From: Lytechinus pictus
Lineage: Eukaryota
DNA: 64,000 nucleotides
Direction: 5' to 3'
Assembly: GCF_037042905.1 (NCBI RefSeq)
Contig: NC_087251.1
Location: forward strand, 42,100,001 to 42,164,000
Positions 42,278 through 54,624 of this stretch are shown here, piece by piece. The position numbers and the translations under genes are program-made. Below the pieces are notes generated by a model. It saw nothing but the letters and a program-made list of their open reading frames with translations. It did no database searches and was not told where the DNA came from. Position 1 is the first letter of the stretch. The number at the start of each line of letters is the position of its first letter.

Positions 42278-43968
42278 ATTGAATATGTCTAAGATCTGTT
42301 GCTCAAAAATTTATAAATTACTGTTCCATATTAGGTCCACGCATATTAAAATCATTTTTTTTATGCTGTTCATGATGATAATATATATTTAGATCCCCTT
42401 CCACTTTTCAAGAAGATATTTATACCTGTTATTAACTTGTAAAATCATACTTTCTGTACCATCATTAAATCAGTAAAATTACAATTATGATACAATATTC
42501 AATCAAATAATAATAATAATAGCATTGAGTTCAAGTAAAAGATACTTGATCCCAACTAGATTGAGTTATTCATTAAATATCTTATAAGAGGATTGTTTGC
42601 TTAATACTTCAGAATAGTGTTACCAATGGCTCTATACATCAAGGACCTATACTGGAGAGGCTAGTGATGAGATGATGGCCAATGAATAAGGGTAATTCAA
42701 GATCTTAACAATGGGCATATGCAGCAGGGGTGGGGGGGAATTCCCCCCAAGAAATTTTGAATACTTACATTTTTTTTACTGAAAATGTTCACAAAATTCA
42801 CCACAAGTATGCACGAAATCCTCCAATTTCACTTTACAAAAAGTAAAAGCACCCAAATAACAAGCTTGGTCACTTTGCTCCCTTGCTTTAAACTTTTTTT
42901 TTAAAGTCTACTTATCCTGCCCCCGCAACAAATTCTGCGTACAGCTATAATCTAATCCTATTAACCCTTTCAGTCTCTTAGAAGATTTAAATTCATACCA
43001 AATTATGTCCTTTTATCACATTTTATTTTCCCCTTTATCTTTTTCTACGATATTTGAGAACATATGGAGACTTGTACTTATTCTCTTTCAATTATGAGTC
43101 TCTCTTGATCATATTTATATCATACTCCTTAATTTCACTGGATCAATAGTGTCTTTCACTTGTTGTTGACTGAATTTCACCTCTATTCTTTAAGTGACAT
43201 TTGTGTGAAGCATTTGTATGTTCACTCGAAATTCACTCCAAATTGCGTGATCCTTGATGTCACTACCAATGGGAGTTAAAAACGATTGAAAATGCACTCT
43301 CTTTTTTTTTCTAGAGAGAGAGAGAGAGCATTCCATTTAATTATAATGAAATGCAATGAAAATGAAAAGAAATAATAGTGGTTGGCAGCTCCCAAAGGAC
43401 ATCAATAATTGTCACCATATTTTTTTCTTTTAGAGCATCGATTATATCACTTATGCCATTCTTGGATAGCAAAGGCAATATCCATTGTACGTTCAATAGA
43501 ACCAACCATTTTAAATAAACAATTGAAGCAAAATTGCAAATGCATTTTACAATCTTAAATGCAGATTTTCAGACTGCCTCAAGCTGTGCATGCAAATTGG
43601 CTCAATAGGAATTTCAATGATTTCAAAATACACCACCAGGAAAAATAGAAAGAGGAAAAGAACAAGATGATAGGATGTATATATATATATATATATATTG
43701 ATACTCCCTAGGATTTATTTCAAGGGTTACCTTTACCTCAAAAGGACTTTCAAAGGTGATGGAACAATTTTCAATATTGATTAAAAAAACATCTCATATC
43801 TCCCATGGGAATGGTATTTAATACTTCTTGGTTTCATTCTTTCATTGGATGATACGGTAACATTAGGATATTCATAAGTAGCAAAGAGAGAGTCGCACCC
43901 CCTCCCCCACTAGGTCTCTCGACTCCCTGGATCTGCGGCTGATTATCATCATCATTCATGAACATTAC

Positions 43969-44056
43969 CTCCCCTTAGGTCCGGTGAAGCTCCAACGTAG
44001 TTGAACGTTTGTGTGTTGATGACATCGATGATGGGACTCACTACTCTTGTTGGATC
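43969..44056 (-). CDS. GALNT: GalNAc-transferase alternative exon A ([30 protein letters not shown]), canonical GALNT2-like version
   Basis: VVSPIIDVI...DLRGG motif; caaAG / GTAATG; 88 nt, phase 0-1, joins 25993 in frame. Confidence 0.95.
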
Positions 44057-44058
44057 CT

Positions 44059-45377
44059 TTGAGGGGTAAGGAAAAGCAAGAGGGGGGTAACGAAACAGAG
44101 GGGAAAGCGCAGGTGGTAGGAGTATTATGGGATAGCGAGGTGGTGGTGGTAGTAGTGGTGGTGGTGGTGGTAAAGGGTAGAAAGAATAGATAAACAGAGA
44201 TGCAGGATTGTAATGGTGTCAGTGATTGTGATTAGTTTTAATGCCATGAGAAATGGAAAAATTAAATAAAAATGAAAGCAATTTGATGTTGTGTATTGAC
44301 AGATAGTTAAACATATTGTACACCATGATTTCATGAGGTTATAATGCATCATGCAGCGTGGGATATGAGTGGGGCATGTGTTGCGGGATGTTGTTTTAAT
44401 AGATTGATATTAAACATTCATCAGGACACATGAGAACACATTTGATAGGGTACGTCGACAGACGGTGGATTAAGTACGATAATTTAATGAGAATATATTG
44501 GATGTCATGCATTAAGATGGGGTTTGGTTTCAATGCAATTAGCATCAATATTGATTAGAATGAAATTAAAAAGGATAAATACAAATTGAAAGTCAAGTTG
44601 AGCGGATATAGGGAGAAGACACTTGAAGCAATATTGGGGTAGGATGTCAAGTTTTGAAAACATATAGCATGTTTTAGGAAGAAATTAATGAGAAGTGATG
44701 GGAAAATGGAAAGTCATGCAAGAGGGGTACAATGTTAGGCATATTTAGGATTAGAGAATTACAAGTTTTAAGAGTGAGCAAGATTTATAAAGTGAATCAT
44801 TACAAATAGTACCAAGTGTGATAGAGAGAAAAATGAAGGGTAATATAATGGTATAGGAAAAGTGACATTTAAAATGCACACAGGGTTATAAAACAAAAGT
44901 TGTGAAATTTAAATAAAATGCCATCAGATTGAAATAAATAAAAGAATGAATGCAAGAGAACGAGAGAGAGATACAGAGTAAGCCGAGATAAATACCAGTG
45001 CGCAAACAAAGTTGTATCATTTTAATAATTTTTCATCATGACAGAAGAGCAAATGAAGGCAAATATCAAAATATATCCAAAAGCAATTAGTTTTTCATTA
45101 TTCCAAAGGAATCAGTGTGTTTTATTTGAGGAAGGATTACCAAGGTGATTGGTATGAAATAAGAAAACAGCAAATATGGGTTGAATATATATCCATTATA
45201 TTAGTAGCAAACAAATGCATGCATATATATGCAACAGGAGAATAAGTTAAAATATAATGGGTGATGATGTAAGGAAGAGAAAGGAGGGTAGTTTGGGGAA
45301 CGGAAAAATGAGAGAGAGAGAGAAGGGGGGGGGGGGGGTTAGGAATACAAAAGAAAATGAACAAACACTTGGTTAGT
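44059..45377 (-). promoter_or_regulatory. Very long AG-exclusion zone and putative distant branch point/polypyrimidine tract for exon A
   Basis: Only one sense-strand AG (plus-strand CT at 44622-44623) between 44059 and 45367. CTAAC at 45376-45372 and 45342-45338, followed by a C/T tract. Confidence 0.7.
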
Positions 45378-48133
45378 TGCAATTCATTCACTATGTGATG
45401 TATTAGAATAAAAAAATAACCAGCCCAGGCAAGTTATCAACCCTTTATTTTCACTTCAAACAAAAGCAGCAAAACAACACAATATTGTTAAAATTTCAAA
45501 CAAAAACCCTCGAGAAAAACAAGAGCTTCTTGAGAGAATGTCAAACAGTATTAGCATAAGTACTTCCCACATACTGATCACTGCACTCACATCATGTAAA
45601 CAATCCAGGAGATTTGGGAGGAAAAAGGTGATATTATTGAAGTTTCATGCTAATAGAAACAATATCCATTCATCATCTGCCAGAGAAAACGACCACGATA
45701 ATCCTCTTTATTTCATCCTAAAACACATGATTGCTCGATTCCAGTACAATAATGCACAGTTGATTATCTTTTTTCATTTTTTTTTCATGAACATCAAATC
45801 CTCTGCATTCGCATTCCCAATCATACCAGATTTTCTCTACATCCCTCACTGCATTTTGCTTCCAGCAAATTTCATTACAGATTGAGAGAGGATATTAACT
45901 TATTCCAAACAATAAGAAAACATTTATTGCACTAGAATAGACATTCATCTTGTAAGTTAAAACATTGTGAGTTTCTCCTAAATTCAAGTACTTTTTAATG
46001 TGAAACTGGAATATATAGGAGACTACAAATAACCGCATGGGAGAAACCTTTTTAATGACACCTTTGATCCAGGGTGTTTCTCTCTCCTTGGTGTCCAAGA
46101 CACATGTGTAATGAACTGTGAGGCGTTATGTTTACTCGCTAAGCACTTCTAGAACACATTGGTTTGGTGTTGCCCTACTGGAAAATACACTCTATTTGTC
46201 GAGGACTTAAATAAATCCAGAGCAATTGCAAATAGTGACTGGTCAAACAATTCATATATATTCCCATATGAACAGAATTCTTTTTAAATCTCAAATTATT
46301 TCAATTCAAATATTTCATACCTCACAAGATCTTAATCCAAAATTAATGTTTTGCTTATCACTATTCATATCAAAATTCAAATCCACAAAGGTTGAATTTA
46401 AATCTAAATTTGGTCAATTCACCACTTTTCTAGATTTATTTTAAAATCCTATAAATTTAGAATATGTACAGAACAGCAATGTATAGTGCATCTGCATACT
46501 TCATAATAACTAATGGAGCTGAATCGAAACACTGATTATTTCTGACTTTACCAAAGTGCTGATGCAGTTATTGGATACATTGTGTTTTTTTTCTTTTGTT
46601 TTTAAAAAAATGTCCAGGTGTAAACCTGACCATTACATGACTTGAGAAAAAAAAACAAGTCACACCAATCGTCAAAGTGCCTCAAACATAATTGACTGTG
46701 GAATTGGAGAGCTATTTATTCAGCTCCAGGCTTTACTTGAAACATTTGTGAGGGCGGGTTTCCTGATAAATCTTGTATCAGGTGACTCAGACGTTCATCG
46801 GAAATTGTTCATAAATCGTGGCCTAAACTAATTTTTTATAGTTCTGTACATATTCTGATCATGTTTGACAAGCACTGGAATTCTTTTATCATGTAAACAT
46901 TTCAAAAGGAACCATACATGAATATCAAACAAACATTTCTGAACCAAAACACCAAGCCTATCCTGGTCTCCTAAAAATAATTTCAATCAACTAAAAATCA
47001 AAGAGTTCAGAGCACTTATGGTGGGACCCATATCTTCTGCACAATTAAATCAACACAAACTGGGTCGGCTTATAACCCAAGGAAGCATGTAAAAGGCCTT
47101 ATCTCAGAAAAAAATCAATATTTCAAATTTACTCTATCAGGGCACAGATGTTTGAATCACAAGAATAAGTCTCTGTTCGCCTACTAAAAATACAATTTCT
47201 CCATCTTAATGGTGTCACATCATTACTCATATATTACTTTGATTTTTTTTTAATTTAACATGATTATTTTGCATCATTACCTCTCATTGTCTATGGGCAA
47301 GCATATTTTCATTTAAAAAAAAAGGAGCAGAAATGGCTCAAAATGCCTCAAAATAATTTTTTTTTTGCCTTTACAGTTTTTAATACTGCTCATGATGCCC
47401 AGATTCCTATTAATCTTTAATATCATGATCCAGGCGAAACACGATACCTTGGATCATGGTGTAGACGGTTCAGAATACTATTCTCAAGGTAATTTTCCAT
47501 AATTCTGGAATCACTACATGGTCTACTCGAGTCTTGAGAGATATAAAACCCATCATAGAGAACGGTATTTTACTTCAACTTCACGAACAGGGTCATTAAC
47601 ATATGCAAGAACACTACCACATAACCATGATGACAACAAGTTAATTATTAACATAAGTATTTATTAAAAACATAGCCCCTTCTAGCTGTCAGTTTGTGAT
47701 TCACATCATTTTGCACTTGCTGTATCTAAACTACACGCACTTCACACAATCTGCTTGTTATTAGAATAACATATAATGCACTATAATACTTGTTTGACCC
47801 AGTTACATGTTCCAGGAAGAATAACTTGGAGATAGAAAAAGAATGATGAATTGCAATGTAATTGATATATCAGCACGGTATGCATGGATGAAGAGCGATG
47901 AGTTTCTGCGGAATGCACAAAACAGTCAAGGCTTGCTTGCTTTGCTACCTAACATACATGTTAAACCCACAAAGCAAGTTTTAAGAACAGCAGCTCAAGC
48001 ACATGAGTAGATCAGCTCACATTAAAGAGGTTACCAAAAACACACCCACTGTGAGAGACACAAGGTAGTAACTGTCAGATAATAGTTAATGACCTGTTGG
48101 CTCTCAACAATCAAACCAATCCCAAGTCTGTAC

Positions 48134-48221
48134 CTCCACGAAGGTTCTCCATCGTTCTTGTGTAGTTGAATGTTTCCAAACTGATGATGTCAATAGTGGG
48201 GCTAACTACTACTTCTGGCTT
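48134..48221 (-). CDS. GALNT: GalNAc-transferase alternative exon B (KPEVVVSPTIDIISLETFNYTRTMENLRGG), paralogue of exon A
   Basis: Same 88-nt length and 0-1 phase as exon A; conserved VVSPxIDxI, TFNY and LRGG; gcAG / GTACAG; no stop codon. Confidence 0.88.
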
Positions 48222-48677
48222 CTGCTCGCCCAGTTTAATGAAAGAAAAACAGAAATCAAAACAAAGGGGGATGTTTAAGAAAAAGGGTCCCTACTAAGAG
48301 AGTAGTAGATTTTATGAAAATACACAGAGGTTGAGCTAAGAATACTTAGAATCATGAAAAAACTCACACTTTTTTTATTTTTAAAGGGGGGGGGGGGTCG
48401 ATGGTAAGATAGCGACGTGAGGAACAACCTGTTTGAAAATACATTCATGTAATGCTTGCTTGTATGTTACTGAATTAATGACAAATGTATTCTACCCCAG
48501 TAAAAACTCCATGGAAACAAACAAAATAAAAATACATAGTATATTCACATCTTCATTAGATGTATTAAGGTTTATAATCACTTCAAGCAGCTGATCTACT
48601 TCTTAGATAGTCTAATACCATCTGGGCTAAACCTATTTGGTCTAATTGCTGCTTGGTCTAGACCACACTGGGTTTGA

Positions 48678-49271
48678 AGGGATGGTCCAGGCGGGAGATA
48701 TTTATATCTCAATAAATAGAGTAAAATTCACAGAGCAGAATGCTGAAAATTTCATCACAATCGGATGACAAAGTTATTGAATTTTAAAGATTTCCATTAT
48801 TCCGGTGAAACAGCTCTAGGCATGTCTTTATGAATATTCATTAGGTGGGGTGATGATGTCATATGCCCACTTTTTCTTTTGTATTTTATTATATGAAATA
48901 GGTTTATTCAAAAATGTTCTACTAAGAACTAAAACAATTGGATTTACAACTGATTAAGTGCATTAGTTATTCATTGCCGCAACTTATTTCATCATAATGG
49001 AGACACATCATTTACACATGTATGAAAAAATGAAACATTTATCATTTCATGTAATAACTTATGAAAAAGGAAAGTGGGGATGTGACATCATCAGCCCACC
49101 TAATGAATATTCATGATGATGTGCATAAGTGTTTTCACAAAATATTGATAAACTTTATAATTCAATAACTCTGTTATTTGTTATCCGATTTTGATGAAAT
49201 TTTCAGCATTTTGCTCTGTGAATTTTACTCTATTTATTTAGATATAAATATTTTCAGCCCGGACCATCCCT
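48678..49271. mobile_element. Kolobok-like element inserted in an older TTGGTCTAA/TTAGACCAA-rich repeat
   Basis: AGGGATGGTCC / GGACCATCCCT-TTAA; long internal inverted arms. Confidence 0.85.
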
Positions 49272-51300
49272 TTAAAAAACCCAATTAATCTAATTTTCAT
49301 TTAGTCTAATGCCTCGTTAGTCCGATTCCACCTTATCTAAATGTTATTTTTTAGTTTGTCAGATGAAATTTGTTTTCAAATTTAATATTTTTATTTACCC
49401 AAATGGTGTTAGATCTAGTGGATTACACAAATTAGGTATAACCAATCTGGATATAAGACAAAATGTTAAACAGGCTAAATTGCAATTAAACCAAATTTTT
49501 AGTAGATGAACTGGTTGTAAATAAACTAGAATTAGACCATGAGAGATGAGACAAAACGGATAGTAGACTCAACTGACCATCAATATTTTTTTTCTATTAT
49601 CATATTTGCTGTAGGTGGCTTGCCTGATTCCATGAAATCCATGAAAACAATCATGATAAGTCATGTCCAAATTAATATTTTTCGCACGAAAACATATAAG
49701 GCTGAAAAGGGTGTGTTTGGAAGTAGAAACATCAATGTTCAATATCAATTGAACACAATAGCGATTTCAGTCATAATTCTAGATGTAAAGAAACTGCAAT
49801 GGTTGAAATGAAACTACTCCTATACAAGAGAAGAGGTTTGGCCCCACCCCTGAGCCATGAACATTTTTTCGGGGGGGGGGGGCTTGTTGCATGTCCAGTG
49901 AGGAAAATGTGGACCTGTCCTATGTCCATTGTCAACCTCTTTTACAGGCCCCTCTTTCATAAAATCATGGATCTGCCACTGATTGGAAATTGGAAGAACT
50001 GCTGGGACAAGCGAAATGCAAGGTTACGATTGAAGTTATGGACAAATAAAGATATAGAAAATCAGTGTTCTTCAGATTACAACTTGTATGATTAAAATTT
50101 TAAAAAATTCCATAAACTTTGCATGCACTAAACAAGCGAAAAGGTAATTCACCTTACATCAAAACATTTGTAGGTGTGTGTGATCAAATATTCATGAACT
50201 GTACTTACAAAAATTGTATCATCAAAAACAAATACCCTTATAATGAATTGCCGGAAGACAAAAATTGAGAAAGATTATATCCCTTGATTTCTTTTATCCT
50301 GTCATATTACAATCGCAGCAGCTGCTTCTAAAGATAACTGCGATGAAAATGTTTTTTCTTTATTTACCAACTTGCATCACTTGCCAATTTCTTGAAAATA
50401 GAAAGATTAGGAATAAATTATTTTGGTTCTGTATGGAAATTTTGTTATTAGTTGATTTGCATGACAGCTACAAACAGGATTGTCTGTGTTCATAAAAAGC
50501 TTAGTAAATGCAATCATATATGGTACTTAATATATTGTCCATTTTACTGAACTATAAAAAACTTTCAAAATGCATCAATTTTCTTGTATCTTTCTATGCT
50601 CTTTCTCCCTCTCCCATTCTCTCTTTCTCTTTCCCCTTCTTTTCCCCTTTGAACTCTTCATTTCATACTTATTAAAGGACTACAGGTAAACCACTGCTCT
50701 TATACGAATATTATTCACCATCATCTCATCTCATATTTCATATCTCATCAAAACACTAAGCAAAAAACAACACAACTCATGAAGACTTAAACTTGGAAAT
50801 ATTCCAATCCAAACTTTGAAAAGGGGTTTAGAATCATGTTTTGGCAATAAACACATTGTCATAGTTCCATCCTTCCACTTACTCAAATCCCATACTGTCA
50901 TTGTAGGCAGGTTTTTTTTTAGATTCCAGATTATTTTCATAAGTTCAAAGCCATTGAATGTTGACCTGAATCTCTTTTCTGTGATTTTTGTCTTCAGGGT
51001 GTATCCACACACATCATACCATATCATAGACAGAAGGTCATTAATTAAACAATAACTTAATGCCTTTCTTTCTCTCACATGACAATACAAAAACCATGTT
51101 CAAGGATTGGCCCGAGTAATGTGCATTCTAAGCAGAAATTAGCAAAGAACTGTTGGCTTTTATCCCACCAGTGGTTCAACGACATCATCAAACTGTGAAT
51201 GCCCTCAAGAAAGATTTTTTGTTGAAAATAGGACCGATCAATGCATAATCATTATGAATGTAAAAGCATTCATGAACAATAGCTTCAATCAGGACCTAAG

Positions 51301-51539
51301 CAGTGGCGTACCTGGGATTTTTCACGGGGGGGGGGGGGGCAAAACCGACCGCCAAAAAATTTGACAAGCAAAAAAAAAAAAGGTCTTCAAGCTCGTCGGG
51401 GGGGGGGGGGGGGGCAATAAAGGTCTTCAAGCTAGTCAGGGGGGGCATGGAATACGTCCTTTGCATGGGTTGTGGCTCGTCAGGGGGGGCAGACTGCCCC
51501 CTCTGCCCCCCCCCCCCCCCCCCCGTAGGTACGCTAGTG
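51301..51539. mobile_element. hAT-like poly-G MITE
   Basis: CAGTGGCGTACCT / AGGTACGCTAGTG; perfect 8-bp TSD GACCTAAG. Confidence 0.88.
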
Positions 51540-52420
51540 GACCTAAGTACCCTTCCTCTAGATATTTGTGCAAACTGAAATAGTCTTTTACCTTATATGG
51601 GTTCATCATACATTGTTCCAATTAACCACATCTATCCAATGACTGGGCTAATAATATATATCTATGACTTGCCAAGGGACGTCGTTAAGATGTATTAAGC
51701 ACTAAATATAGTTGGATTTTTATCTAACCTTTTTCTCTAAATGTATTTTTTTTATTGATGTAATAACTGTGATTGGTGATTTTTGCCTTTCATATTTTTT
51801 ATATTTAATCTCAAACTTTGTATAAGCAAGGCATGCTTCCACAGCTGATCACAGCCCTGCTTTTCGTTCTAGGCCCAGATAAACCTATGCCATCTATCAA
51901 ACTAGAACCATAAAGGTAAAAGACAGTTGGTGCAGCAAACAATTATTTTTAATGAGAAAGTCTTTTAAATCAAGGTTAATTGTTAAAATATTATTATACA
52001 TCTAGATCTGGTACATTAATGTAAACTTTTCTGAGTAAAATCATGAAATCTTAGCTTATAATCAATAATTCTGATGGTCATTAACACATTAAGACATTTG
52101 ATGGAATTCTGTGCATATTTTGCTCATTTCTTCCAGAGCTATTTGGCACATATTTTTTATTTGGCACATATTTTTTATTTATACATACAAACACTTGCGG
52201 TAATTTAATTGGATTCTGTGAAAATCAAATACATGTACGTTATACTGGTAAGCAATTTTCGGGTATCGGGTATTGATTTTTCTACCCCGGTACCCGAGGA
52301 TTCCGGGCAGGACCGGGTAACTCGGGTTTTAGTCCCGACCCTAAAACAGATGAAGCTTTCCTTACCTATATACTTGCAATGATTTAGAAAATTTGTAGCT
52401 AGTAAGCAGTTAGCACAGAC

Positions 52421-52810
52421 CCCGGGGGAGTCAAATATATTGCTGTACACACGCGTGGCCAAATTATTTCCAAACACCCCCTTAACGAGTTTTTCTCTGC
52501 ATGCAAAATAACCCCTAAACAAGTTTTCCGCGGGCTTTATTTACACATTTGGGCCCCTAAACAAGTTGTCGCCAGAATATGACCCCGGGGGAAAAAGCTT
52601 GGGAAAAAAATACCCTAAATACGTTTGACCCTGCGATTGACCATTGACCAGTCTTTAAAAACTACCCCTTTTTTTGAAAATCTGTTTTTTGATACCCGTA
52701 ACGAGTGCATGCGCGGCTTGCGTCCAAAACTGAAAAAACACCCCTTTAAACACGTTTTTTTTGTCAAGCGTGTGTACAGCAATACATTTGACTGCCCCCC
52801 CCCCCCCCGG
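52421..52810. mobile_element. TIR MITE with CCCGGG-type ends
   Basis: GTCAAATATATTGCTGTACACACGC / GCGTGTGTACAGCAATACATTTGAC; CACAGAC direct repeat on both flanks. Confidence 0.8.
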
Positions 52811-54007
52811 CACAGACTAACGTACTAGCCTGCACAAGTGAGCATGTTACATTGTACTTCACATTGTGACTATGCAAGCTATTTTATGAGATGTGACTGG
52901 GTCTTGTGGTCTTTCATTAATGTATTTCATCTCCTATTCTAAAGACAGCTCAATGCACAAACATTGCTTCTGGCCATAGCACTGCCTCAACAAACATACA
53001 ATGCACTATTCAACTAATATTCTGAATTTAAGAAAGGTTGAGAATTGAATTTTACCATAAATTCATCCCAGTCCACCGCGTTATCATTGGGATCATTAGA
53101 GCATTGTTGACTTAAGTTTGAGATATTTCTAAAAATGTTATGCATAATCCAATCAGTTTGAAGCCATGCGTCAAGAGTGAATCAATTATTTCACACTTGA
53201 ATACCGGAATTCATGTCAAAGAAAAATCAATTTCAGAATGTTATGAACTCCACAAGAGGAAATTCCATCAAAGGACACATGTAGAGGTGTAATATCGCCC
53301 GTGGGAAAGAGAGAGAGAGGGGGGGGGGGGACATTACTTCAATGAACTTTTGATTCCAACATTACTAGCTTTTTTGAGATGTGAACAGGGTCAGTTGCAA
53401 CCTCATGTTCTATGAAAGTGGTGCCAAAGGCGACACATTCTACTAATCTAGGAAAGAGAGCAATCGTACTCCGGGCGCACATCGACCATGCTGCGAGTGA
53501 CAAAAGAAGCCTAAGGGCAAACTGGCGTTGCAACCGCTCGTCGTCAAAATTCAATTAAGCACACATGAATCTCCCCGCTTCCTCTCTAATGTTTCATCGC
53601 AAAAGAAAATGTTGAAGGGGACAGAGTGACAATGGCGTTGACTTTGCAGGGTTGATTTTTAGACAAATACAGCCGAGGCACTGGTTCTACCGATCAGGTT
53701 TCACATGAGAAAAAAAAAGCCCCCTGGACAAGGGATCCATATCGGAAGCTAAAATACACCGACAATAATGGTTGGATTTAAAAGGGTTTTAGACTTCAAA
53801 GCTGATGAATATTGGTAGGATGCAATCATGCTTGATAAATATCATCATTTGCCTGAATTCAGTTGTGATGACTGAGCAATTTTTTCCCATGTCAAGTACA
53901 ACAAAATCTATGCTCAAACGACATGAAAAAGCTTAAAGGGGAAGTTCACCCTGAAAAAAAAAACTATTGTAAAAATAGCAGAAAAAATAATAAACAAATA
54001 TTGCAGA

Positions 54008-54624
54008 AACTTTCAAAGTAATGAGCGTAATTCAACAAATACCCCCATCTTGGCCAAAGTTCATTGATCTTTCTCGCACAGGATGTTCAGTGATACTTGG
54101 TTACTCTTATGTCCAAGTTTTATGAACGAGACCAATAAACTTTCAAAGTTATGATAGTAATTCAACAAATATCCCCATCTTGGCCAAATTTCATTGACCT
54201 TAAATGACCTATGACCTTGGTCATGTGACTTGAAACTCAGGCAGGATGTTCAGTAATATTTGATTACCCTTATGGCCAAGTCTCATGAACTAGGTCCATA
54301 CACTTTCGAAGTTATGATGACATTTAAAAAACTTAACCTTAATTTAAGATTTTGATATTGAATCCCCAACATGGTCTAAGTTCATTGACCCGGCCTAAAT
54401 GACCTTTGACCTTGGTCATGTGACCTGCAACTCAGGCAGGATGTTTAGTAATATCTGATTAACCTTTTGTCCAAGTTTCATGAACTAGGTCCACATAATT
54501 TCTAAGTTATGCTGTCGCTTCAAAAACTTAACCTTCGGTTAAGATTCGATATTGACGACGCCGCCACAACCATCGTAAAAGCGGCGCCTAAAGTCTCGCT
54601 CTGCTATGCAGGCGAGACAAAAAA
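54008..54624. mobile_element. Helentron/HINE-like element with internal TGACCT-rich tandem repeats
   Basis: Repeated TGACCTTTGACCT / CAGGATGTTCAGT units; terminal hairpin GTCTCGC..GCGAGAC followed by an A-run. Confidence 0.55.

Noticed and set aside
45895..47560. Third copy of the alternative exon between A and B
   Set aside because: Candidate frames (e.g. KKVSPMR at 45895-46098 and the segment near 47450-47535) lack the IDxI, FNY and LRGG motifs and the 88-nt splice geometry.
45373..48133. Tropomyosin-type steric exclusion between the exon B donor and the exon A branch point
   Set aside because: They are about 2.8 kb apart, far too distant for steric interference. Exclusivity would need another mechanism such as frameshift/NMD or regulation.
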